From Folioceros fuciformis (Eukaryota): a stretch of DNA of 35,895 nt. Shown piece after piece: positions 12,331 to 23,660 of this stretch (within the stretch, counting starts at the first letter, position 1; every line of letters begins with the position of its first letter). A program made the position numbers and the translations under genes. The stretch is from contig JBNGIO010006223.1 of the NCBI GenBank assembly GCA_049999805.1, forward strand, positions 62,636 through 98,530, written 5' to 3'. The notes under the pieces were generated by a model, which saw nothing but the letters and a program-made list of their open reading frames with translations, did no database searches and was not told where the DNA came from.

Positions 12331-15300
12331 ATGGAGTCCGCTTCGGGGGGCAGGCTCGACGCCGGCTCGCTCTCCGTGCGCCTCGCTCCCAGGAAGGGCT
12401 TCGGGAGCGCGGGCCAGCCCATCTACGTCGTCTCCAACTACTTCGTCGTCACATTTAAGCCCAAGCTCCTCTATCAGTACGACGTGAGCTCCAGCACCAC
12501 CACCCAATTCCACGCCCGCCTCTTTGCTCCAAATTGTCCTCGTTCTTGTTCTTTTAGGATGGCATCCCACCGCTGTATTCTTTTGCTCGCAATTGCGCTG
12601 CCCATCTGCGCACCAAGCTGCGCCGTCCTAATGCCAAGATTGCTCCCCCTCCTCCTCCTCCTGCTGTGCTGTTGCTGTTTCGTTCATGCCTTGCCTTTGC
12701 CGTAATTCTCCTGGCGCAGGTGAATATTACGCCCCAAGTCCCCAAAGGCCTGCAGAGAGCCGTGTTCGAAGAGCTGTGCAAGTTCGAGCAAGTGTTTCCC
12801 GACGGAATGCTGCCTGTTTACGACGGCCACAGAACTATTTATACGTCCCGGCCTCTCAAGGAGAAGGTGATCGATACCAAGGTGACGCTGCAGGAGCTGC
12901 AGTCCGGGGGGGGCCGAACGAGGAACCGGGATTTCGAGGTGGTGCTGCGGGCTTCGGCGCAGCCCGACCTCAGGCTGCTTCGCAGTTTTCTGTCCGGGAC
13001 AACGCCCGACCTGCCTTACGACTGCATCCAAGCTCTCGATGTTGTGCTCAAGGAGACGGCCACTCGTTGTGGGTAAGGCGGACCGGCCCCGCTCTCACTG
13101 CCTCACGCTTGCTGGATGCATGGGCTGCTCGCTCTCCTCCTCTGCTGCCACGGCTCCTTCGCTCTTCCTCAATTCTGTCTCCCCTCTTTGCGCAGCTTTC
13201 TGGCTGGGAAGCGTTCGTTTTTCGCCACATTGTTTGGCTCCACCAGCCTGGGAAATGGTGTGGAGGCTTGGAAGGGCTTTTATCAGTCTCTCAGGCCGGG
13301 GAATGACGAGCTGCTTCTCAATATAGGTGCGTGACTACTGCACTTTGCTTTCTCCAAATGTGTGTGGCTCGCCGGCTCGCCCGCTGCCTTGGCTCGGCTG
13401 GCTCATTTCCGCGGACTCTTGACATCTCGTGGCGTGCACAGATGTGTCTGCGCTGGCTGTATTAGAGGAGGTGCCGCTGCTCACGTTCTTGGAGAACGCG
13501 TGCAGAAAGGATGTGAGAGAATTGCACCGCGCCCTGCAAAGGCGCGATGCAGAAGGGGATCGCTTCCGTGTGCAAGTAGCGCCTTCTCTTGCTCTCCACT
13601 GCACCAACCCCCTTCATTGCCTCTGTCTTCCTTTGGACTAATGTGCCCCCCACCCTTCTTCGCAGATTAGGAAGAGCCTTAAGGGTCTTCGAGTAGCAAC
13701 CCTCCACGCGGCCAGACGCAAATATAAGATCCAAACCATCACGGATGAACCGCTGAGCGTCTTGAAGTCAGCAACTTACTCAAATTCCCCCGGTCCAAGG
13801 GAAACTTGTTTCACAGCTCTTTCAGGAGACTTGCATGTCGTAGGCTGATCACGGTTGTTGTCTGCATCAGATTTGATATGCAAGGAATTGAAATGACTGT
13901 GACCGACTATTTTGAGCAGAAGTACAATCAAAGGTTGGAGTTTCCTGGGTTTCCCGCCATTAACGCAGGCTCCAAGGAGAAGAAGAAGTACATCCCTTTC
14001 GAGGTACTTCATTTCGTTTTGACAAGGTTCGGGTGTCCTGTCTTGCCTTCAAAGGTTACTGAATTGAACAAATTTGGTGGCTCAGGTCTGTAAACTAGTT
14101 GGAGGTCAGCGCTTCATGAAGAAACTGGATGAGCAGCAGACGGACAAATTCAAGAATTTTACCATGGCCGCCCCTGGGAAGAGGCGTGCAGACTGCGAAA
14201 ATGTAAGCTCTTTGCGCCCGGCAGTTCCCCATAGAGTTCAATTTCACAACCGATAAGCACACGTCAGGGTTTTCAGAAGCATGTCCCTGTGTTCGTGTTC
14301 GTGCTACCAGTGGATGACTTGCATTCTGACTTGTGTGGTACATAGATGGCAAGGAACATTCACCACCAAGGTCGGAAATACGAGGAAGAGTTTGGCCTGG
14401 GTATGAATCCTGTAGGTGCCATAAAAGCAAGAGTTCTTCCAAAACCGAAGGTTATAAGCCTTTTCAGCTCGTCGCCATGGCTGACGCCGCTCTGGTGCAG
14501 AGATTTCTTTTCGTGAGTTCTCAAACATCCAGGGGGATTTTACAGGTGTGCTACAGCAATTCAGAGGCACAGATCAACCATGCGGGAGCGTGGAACCTAA
14601 GAAATACGGTATAGAGGTCTCCTGTTGCACTGTCAGCACGCTTGGGCTCTTTCTGGACTGCCTCACAATTGACAATGCATGCTGCCTTCCGAGAGGAATT
14701 CAGGTTCTCGTCGAAGGGTGCAAAATCAGCAACTGGACGTTGATCAATTTCGAGCCACGATTGGATGGTGGAGCTGTTCAGAATATTGTTGATACACTTC
14801 CCCGAGACTGCAAACGATATGGGGTGGTAAGTTCATGGTCCTGCTCGGCGCGGACTGCCTACAGTTGGATGACGTCTCCTAGTGAATCTCCTGTCACGTT
14901 TATGATTTCTCACATGTTCTGGGAATGTGTTAGGCTTTAAACCCATCTCCTGTAGTCGGCTGGGTCACCGAAAAGGGCCGAAATGTTGGAGCTGTCATTA
15001 AACATGTCTGGGATGAATGTCAGTCCAAGACCTCGAAGCACTTGGAGCTGTTGGTTGCGATCATGCCCTACTCAGGAGATAAAGAGATCTACAGTACGTC
15101 AGGAAATTTCTTATCTAAAAAATTGTGACAGCTTTCCTGCCTTGTCTGATTCCTGTTTTCTGGTGCTAGGATTAGACTGCGCTAATCACTGGATGGACAA
15201 CATTCTCTGTTCTGATCACTAGGTATTTTTCGTCCAGGATCTGTAAAGAAGATTTGTGAAATAGATTACGGTTTCCTATCTCAGTGCTGCAAGGCTGCAA

Positions 15301-17124
15301 ACATTGCAAATAGAAAGCCAAACTTTTTGGTTGGCTATCTGGCTAATGTGATCTTGAAGATAAATGCGAAGGTACACCTTCTGCACCTTATGGAATGGAA
15401 TGTTTTCATCTTGCAAATTGAGCGAGCTCTCATTACTGTTTTGCTTGCTTGCAGTGTGGGGGATTGAACTCTCTTCTGATGAATGAAAAGATGAAGCGAC
15501 TTCCTCGCATCTCTTCCAGCCCAACAGTCCTTATTGGCGCAGATGTATCACATCCACGCGTGGGGGATGACTCAAGTCCCTCAATTGGAGCTGTAAGTGA
15601 AGGCCAACTGCACTGTCACTGACTTGCCTTCGCACATCTTTTAGTTGCTACTCTTGTTGAGTTCCCTGTGCAGAGCTTTTTTTTTCCACTCCTTGTTGAT
15701 GTTGTCACAACCTGTTCACTGCAGGTTGTTGGGTCTGTGGACTGGCCACATTTTGCAAAATATGTGACGAAAGTTAGAGCACAGTCTCACCGCACAGAGG
15801 TGCTTGAAGATTTGTTCTGGGAGAAGACTGATGAACAAGGGAGGAAGCAAACGGGTGGTATTTTCAAGGACCTGCTGACCGTCTTCAAAGACAAGGTTTC
15901 CAAGAAGCCGGAGCAGATAATCTATTTCAGGTACGGTGCGCGATGTTTTCCTGCGTTTGTGATGAGATCATTCATATGGGAAGACGCCTCATTAGGCATG
16001 TCTGGCAGAGATGGTGTCAGTGAGGGCCAGTTTGACATTGTGCTGCGGGAGGAGTGCGATGCCCTCAGAAAGGTGGCTCTTTCCACTTTGTATGTGCAAG
16101 GACTTATTTGCATAAAAGTCTGCTCACTCCTGCTCACGCAGTATTGTACAGGCATGTGTCTCTCTAGGATGGGGAAGCCATGCGTCGGGCGCCCCTGGTG
16201 GGCCGGCTCAGAAAAAGTCTAAGATGGACACACCGAGGATCATCTTCATTGTTGTTCAAAAGAGGCATCATACTAGGTTGTTTCCATCGGAGAGCCGTGA
16301 TGATAAGCAGAATGTTCAGCCAGGTGATCTGTCTTGGGTTCCATTTCTTATTTACTGTATGTGAAGTTGATGTCAGTCAGTCACGCAGAAAGAGGTTCGG
16401 TGTGTCGGTCTAATCAGTGTTGTGGTTCAACATGGGCAGGCACCGTGGTGGATCGAACAATCTGCCAGCCCAATCATTTTGACTTCTTTCTTTGCAGTCA
16501 TGCTGGCCTTCAGGTGTGGTTGTTGGTTGTGACTCTGTGGCTGGATAGCGGACTTGAAGACGCCGCATACTTGCCACACTTTTGGTTGCAACGCGTTTGT
16601 GAAAAGTCGAAAACGCTGTGCAGGGAACGTCGAGGCCTGCACACTACCACATCTTACTCGATGAGATAGGGTTTTCTGCTGATGACATCCAGACTCTAGT
16701 GAACGAGTTGTGTTACCAGTAAGAGATGCTGAGAAATCTTGATTTGTCGCTGACCTTGCCTGTCTTTGGAACGCTGATCCAACCCAACCTTGTTCCGCGT
16801 CCGTGGGCATGCAGGTATGCTCGCTGTACCAAGGTGGTCTCCATTGGTAAGTGGTATTTTTTGAGAAAAATGTCGCTTGTCACTCGCAAGCTAACTCTCG
16901 TGTCTTGCACAGTTCCCGCGGTGTACTATGCTCACTTGGCTGCAAAACGAGCAAGAGATTGGATAGACTTTGAAGGATCTTGGGCCTCGGAAGGAGGATC
17001 TCACCAGGAGACCGGCAGTATTGTAAGCGCGGGTAGTGGAAGCGGGCGTGTGCGTGGAGCCTGCACCGTTAAACCCTTGCCCCAGATCCATGAAAGAATC
17101 ACGAAATCCATGTATTATATTTAA
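12331..17124 (+). CDS. AGO: Argonaute A (N, L1, PAZ, L2, MID, PIWI), 20 exons, intact, DEDH tetrad
   Basis: All exons join in frame at GT-AG sites: [155 protein letters not shown]. Confidence 0.97.
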
Positions 17125-17897
17125 GGCCGTCAAGTCTGAGGGAGCAATACGGTCCACGGGATTCATTGCGTTAAGGAATCCTGGACGCATAAACATTTCC
17201 CAAGTGATTGGCCGAGATTCTGATGGAGCGATCGCGCCAAGGCGTGTGGGACCATGTCCGGCACCATCTTCTGATGCTCACGTTCGCTTTCTGGGAATCG
17301 AGTTATCTTTTAACACCCTTGATACCAAGTATGCCCGACTTTGTGAGTGGATACCGCTGGTACATCTACGTATATTTATTAACTTGCAGATGCCCACAGA
17401 ATATATGCGGTCTTTCAGCAAACCAGCAGCACAGGCACTGTGCATACATACACATCATACACCAGTCACCCAGCTCAAAGTCTAATAGCGACCATGAAAT
17501 GCACGTCACACATGGGACAGCAGCCAGGGGAATGCAGCATGTTTCAGAACGGGTAAGCACCGTAAGCAGACACATTGCATTTGTAGCTCATCAGGACTTG
17601 TAACTTCAACTGGACCTACAACATCTCTTCCGACAGTGGTCGACATCCTGCGTTCAGCTACGTCTACTCAGCGTTTGCACTCGTAGCGCCGATGTGGAAT
17701 TTACTCTCCAATTCCGAGTACAAAAGAAAATTCAAGAACCGAAAATTATGTCACTTCTGATAAGAAAGAGCGTGTTGCGTGCTCTCGCGCACTTGCACAC
17801 ACCTCTCTCTTCCCCTTCCCGAGGAGCCTAACCTCTACAGTCCACATACTATATTATGTAGATACTATCACGAGACCAGTGGCCTCAATACCTGCTC

Positions 17898-20800
17898 CTA
17901 AATGAAATACATATGTCGTTTCAGTTTCTCGTTGATCACAGGCAGTGGCCGTACGGGTCCCAGCGCCCCACGAGCTCGTGCGGAGCGGCTTGAGTTGCTT
18001 CCCACATTACTGTCTACATCAGGTCGTGAACTCCCTCCGTCAGATAGGGCATCATAGTCGATCCAAATCCGAGCTCGGGTCGCAGCGAGATGCGCATAAT
18101 AGCAGGCTGGTACTGCACATGCGTCTCACATGGATTACTAGTCTTACAATCAGGTGGCGATTCACATTACAAAGTTATGCATGGATTTTGCACTCACAAC
18201 AAGTGACCATAAGTACTTACCAATGGACACGGCTCTTGGACAGCGAGCATAGCTGCCACAACCACAACGAACGTGTGAGAAGGTACATCATAGTTACATG
18301 AATTATAGTAGAAATGTGTGCCTAATTTAGTCACTTACTTGTGGCAAAGGTCGTTGGTGAGTTTCTGGATTTGGTCAGCAGAAAACGAATTCTCGTCGTG
18401 GACAACATGATAATGTGCAGGCCTGCTTGTCCCCTACAGGAATTGTGATGTGGATCACTATTTAGTAGCTCATTACTCTGAACGCGCAAAGAAATAATGA
18501 AAAAAACCAATATTGCTACAACCTGAATCCCCAAATGGCTGCAAAGAAAGAAGTCAAACTGGGTGGGATGGCAGATTACAGAATCCACGACAGTTCCTGT
18601 ACACACATAGACAGCTTCAAAATGATAACAACAAAATCAACAGGCTAGCTAGCTGACAAAACTAGCCAGACGACCCAACCTGGAAAAATGTTCCCCGTTT
18701 TTTGGGTTTTTCGGCGATCCCTTGGAAACAGACGAGTATGGTGTTGTTTCTGAACGACAATGAAGGTTATCTTGGGAGTAATGTCATTCTCCGATGCGCG
18801 TTGCTTCTTAGGAGCTGGCTCCTCTTGTCCAGGTTGTTGAACCCAGCCAAGAGCCTGGCATGCCTGTCAGTGGTTCACGACGCAGGGTTTAGCACAATTG
18901 CATTTCCATAAGGCCAAGCCCTTCTGAATGTACCCGAATGTACAGAGTGTGGTATACCGCTTTCACGGACTCCAGTTCTTGCTTCATGACAGCTTCAAAT
19001 TGTCCATCGCTTACTCCGTCTCTGCAAATCACCGTTCAAGTCCTGCAAAAGCTGATCGACAATTTCCAGGCACAAAATGGATTGTATGCCAAACCTGTAG
19101 AAGAGTATTCTCTGTGGTCGTTTTCCTGTGTTCCTCGCAAATGATGCCAAGAGATCCCTGCCAACCCCCAAAAAACCAATGCTCATATTCAGCTTGTAGA
19201 TGTACTGACATGAGAAAGAATATTAGAACCACGCAGCAAAAGCTTCTTGGCCTGTATGAAGGACTCCGGGAAAGTGGTTTTGCAACAGAAACTGCGTTCA
19301 GGAGACAAACTTACATTACGATGCCTCCAGATTCCTTTTGCCCCTCGTCATTCACTCTTTCCCAATACAGGTCGTCTAGAATTTCAGTTCGATGGGCTTG
19401 GCTTCGTGTCAGAGTCTCATATCTGGAGAGATTCGGCCAGTCCATGCTGGCAACCACCTGCAGAACGAAGGAGGTCAGCACATGTCAATCTAGATACTAC
19501 ATTACAGGGATGTCGACTGTCGTATGAAAAAGACTGTGAAATGCGTACGTACCGCGGCGATGGACGGACTACGGTCGTCTCCAACTCTGGGATGCGACAC
19601 ATCAGCACCGATGACTATTGACGGGACATCAGACAACAAGGGAAGTGGTCTAGAATTCACGTCCACCAACAGTGCATTGTTTCCCCCTAGCTGCTTGGAC
19701 ATATTCAGAAATCGGTGAAATCGGATCAGTAAATAGGCTGGGCATGAGCAATACTAGTTCTGGAACAGAAAATCTGGATAGTCAGCTTGTTATCAAGCCA
19801 CGTCGTTTACCTTCATGTTGATCTTAAGGATAACGTTCTGGACGTACGCTGGAAGACATTTTTTAAGTGCCTCTCCAGATTTCAGACACTGCGTCATGAA
19901 TCCGAGCTCGACATCACAAAGCTTCTTGACCGCTCCTGAACGGCATTCCAACACTTTTTTGAACAGCGTTGAAAGATTTCGCCATACTATGACAGAAAAG
20001 TCTAGCTTCAGCGTTCTTAAAATTGGTGAACCAGTTCACAGGGACTTACCGTACATTGCCTTGTTCTCCATGGTGGTGGGCAGGATGCAGATCAACAGCT
20101 CCAAGTCTCTACCAGTTTTGTCTTTTGCTTCCTTGCAGATGTGGTGGATGGTTTTCTCAACGTTCCCCCTCCGGTCTGCTATCCAAGGGCAAGCCATCTT
20201 TGGATTGATATCCTGTACGCAACGACAATCAGTTAGGAAGCAGCTAGGTACCGTATCTTCCAAGCGGAACAACTAAAATCGAAGAGCACCCTTTCGCAAC
20301 ATACCAAGCCGTAAACGATGCAGTTTCTCACAAATGTCGAAATAAAGTGCTCTATTGCATTGTCACTAAGCTGTGCGGCGAAACTGATTAACGTCCACTG
20401 TTTGATGACGGAACTCCTGAACATCGTCTTTGCAACAGTAGCCATTATACAGATTTCAGAATCCTTGTTTCGCTAGGACCTACACTGTAAAGCGGTTTTA
20501 AAGATCAGGGAAGTTTTCAGATGGATGAACCGTACCTTCCCATTCATTTTCCACCAGCCCTCTTCAGGAAGAACTTCTTGCCGTTGTCCATATAGGATCT
20601 GGAACACATCCGTACAGAGAAGTTCAGACGTGGGGGACGTTCAGAAAGTTGGAAGGACCTATCTGACCGGACCTTGGGTGCAGGCAATATTCGTCCTGTG
20701 ATTTCGGCCATCCGACTGCTGACTCTAATACCGAACTCTTCGGCATAGGTGGCGCTGGCGTTTATGCTTCTCTTGGCAATCTGCATTTCAGGTGTCGAAC

Positions 20801-22904
20801 AAGTTAGGTGGGGCAAGATACAAAATAACAGGGAGCTATCCAAACTTACGTTGTTTGTCTCTTCCAATCTATCCGCTGGTCTCGAGCACGTCATCCTCAG
20901 CAAGGCATCAACCTGTGCTTCGTTGAGTTTCTTTGTGTGGCGCTGACCACGCACAATTCTGCACAGCTGTTCAAGGCCGTCGACTTGGTATTTGCATTGA
21001 CGTCTGCTCTAGACATCTGCATCGACTTTTGGGGCGCATCTGGTTTTGCAATATGGGGTAAGTATGCTCACCTCCATGGGTATGTACGTTGACTTCTCCT
21101 TTGTACCGACTTCAATAGCCGGCAGCCCAGCAAGGATGATGCCGTGATTATGGCGCTCTCTAAAATACTGAATGATACCGATTCTTGTTCCATTGTGATC
21201 GAACCTACAACGTTCACCAGAGACCAAAGAACAAACGCGATGTCATCCAAAGGGATACCGGGTTCCATAAACCCGTTGAGTCGTATGCGTATACAAAGCA
21301 GAACCTGTCCCGCGCGAAGCAACTTGAGAGAGTAAGTGAGGCTTACGACAGTTCGGAGAGGGGGACATTCGTGACGTTCTGGATTCGATATTTGCGTTTG
21401 GTTCCGTAGATGAGCTCAACTCGAACTCCTTTGAGGAGCTTCTTGATCTGTATGCACGTCAGATGTACAACATCAAGCGTGGAGCGTTCTTTTTGGCTGG
21501 GACGGAAAAATGGACAGCTCTCTGAATTGGGCTCCTACTTTCACTCGTGATGCGTCGCCACGACCATCAGGCCCTTGTAGCTCCTTGTTCATCTCGTTGA
21601 TATCAACTCTCAAAGCTTTTGCGATGTAGTCAGGCAAGAGATCTGGCTCCAGGAATGCGTTTGCGGAGATGTCTGCCATCCCCAGCGAAAGTCAGCTGGC
21701 TTATGTTACATGAAAGCTAACGTCATGCATTTCGATGATCTCATGCGTCATCACAAGGTAGCTCTCTGTTCCACCATGCACAGGCACCTAAGAGAAACTG
21801 AGAAACTGCCACCAAGATTAGTCACAGACAGTCGAGCAGGTAGGATGCAAGGACTCTCGTACCTATGTTGAGAATGAGCTTGCCGTTTTGTGCAGGCCGA
21901 ACCGACTGGTAAAAGCCTTTCCAAGCCATAACCCCGTTGCCAAGAGATTTGTTCCCAAAGCATTCATCAAAGAAGGACCTCCCGCCTGGCAAGAATCTGC
22001 ACATCAAAGTCAATCGAGCCGATGAGAATGAAAGAAAGCGGACAAGGAAGGGAAGTGTACAGAAGGTTCATGTCTAGAGTAAAATATGGGCAGATTCCGA
22101 CTTACCTTTTTGTTGCAGACTCACGTAGCACAATGTCTAGGGCTTGCAAGGCCTTCTGGGGAAGAATGGGAACGGTGCCCTCAAGAAAGGCTCGCAACTG
22201 AGCCAGATCGACCCTAGAAGCCTCCCTCAAAATCACGTGAAATGAGCGATTTTTCCTGCAACAGAGGAAATCGATGAACAAATAGTAGTGTGAACCCGGC
22301 CCCAAAGAACCGAACAGTGGAAAGAAGCAGTGAAGAACCTCAACACTACTTACCGGGTTCTGACGACCGGTCCATCGCTGTCGGTGTTTTCCGGCAACGT
22401 GATGTCGAGCTCAACTTGCTCAATGGGCAGAGGCTTAGCAGTATACAAACTCTTTTGTCCATCATAGGCGGGGAGGGCTCCACCCAGCTTCTCCATGCGG
22501 TACTCAGCCACCAGCGCAGTCATCACAGCTCGATTGAGCCCCCTTGGCACATCCGGGGAGATAGTAACCTGCAAGAATCGATATAGCATCCAACGTTGGT
22601 AGACGGACTAACTAGCCGGAAGCCAATTCGACGTGCCGCATCACTGAATCATCCTATGCGATAAGATGCTTACGTCGTAATGGTAGAGGAGCTTAGGAGT
22701 GAACTCGATGAGGTAATGATTCGCCAAAATTTTCACGGGATCTCCCACTGAGCCGTGATTCGGTCTCCTCGCCAGACTTGGTTTCGAGGCCGCCATGGAT
22801 CTGATATTCGGGCTGGAGGTGGTAGCAAAATCACCACGCGGTGTGTCTGGGCCCATTCGCTTCCTGGAGGCGAACCGCGGCGGGGAGGCCATAGTGGAAA
22901 GCAT
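17898..22904 (-). CDS. AGO: Argonaute B, 22 exons, intact, DEDH tetrad (ATG at 22904 or 22892)
   Basis: In-frame spliced exons: [156 protein letters not shown]. Confidence 0.97.
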
Positions 22905-23479
22905 CCTTCCAGAACTTGCTGTGGCACTAACGATCAGCTGTGTCACTCCAGAGCCGGAGCGTAGATGTAACAGAGGTCACTCAGCTAGCACCAACGTCTA
23001 TGTAGAAATATCTACGAATGGGACCGCGGACGTAAGCGACACCGAAGCCACCGCACGTCTAGACTGCAACTTGAAGCGATCTAACAAGACTGCAAACTGT
23101 GGAGCATCACCAGAAAGCAGAGCCGGGCAATTGTACCGGAGCGTAACCAGGAGCAGAAGCAAGAAAGAGCAGGGGAAGATTGCGGCTGAGGAGAGCGCAG
23201 CAGATCTAGAGCTCAGAGCGGATAGCGCATCAGAGATGGAGACGACGGAGAGGAGGGGAGAGCGCCGCACAAAACAAAGGAAAGCATTGGCGAAATTTGG
23301 TTGCAGAATGCCAGGCACGGGCAAGGCCGGCTCACTCAACCTTGAACTACACCCTCACTGTCTGTGACATGATCACGTACGCTTGGCGCCAGTGCACGTC
23401 GGATCGTCTCTGGGCGTATCAGAACCGGTTGGTATCCCTTTGTACCGTCTGCACCACGCGCGCGTACGTCACTTGGAAC

Positions 23480-23513
23480 TATCTAGAGTGATACAAGAGT
23501 ATCACTCTAGATA
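23480..23513. repeat. Perfect 15-bp inverted repeat with 4-nt loop
   Basis: tatctagagtgatac-aaga-gtatcactctagata. Confidence 0.9.
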
Positions 23514-23660
23514 CGAGAGGAAATGCGTCTGTCGCTACCGTGTTAGGAGACCAGGCCCTGGGTGTTAAGTTGACACCGTCTAGCAAACTAAATCAAACAT
23601 TATATCTCATCATTTTTCTTAGTTATTGTTTATACCTAGAGGTTATTTGCACATAAAACC

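Noticed and set aside
13003-13023. Partial miR168-like site (cccgacctgc) in AGO-A
   Set aside because: Only ~10 nt match the miRNA central/3' part, and the seed-pairing side is mismatched.
22795-23367. 190-aa plus-strand ORF over the AGO-B 5' region
   Set aside because: Antisense to a CT-rich 5' UTR and leader; low-complexity product with no domain.
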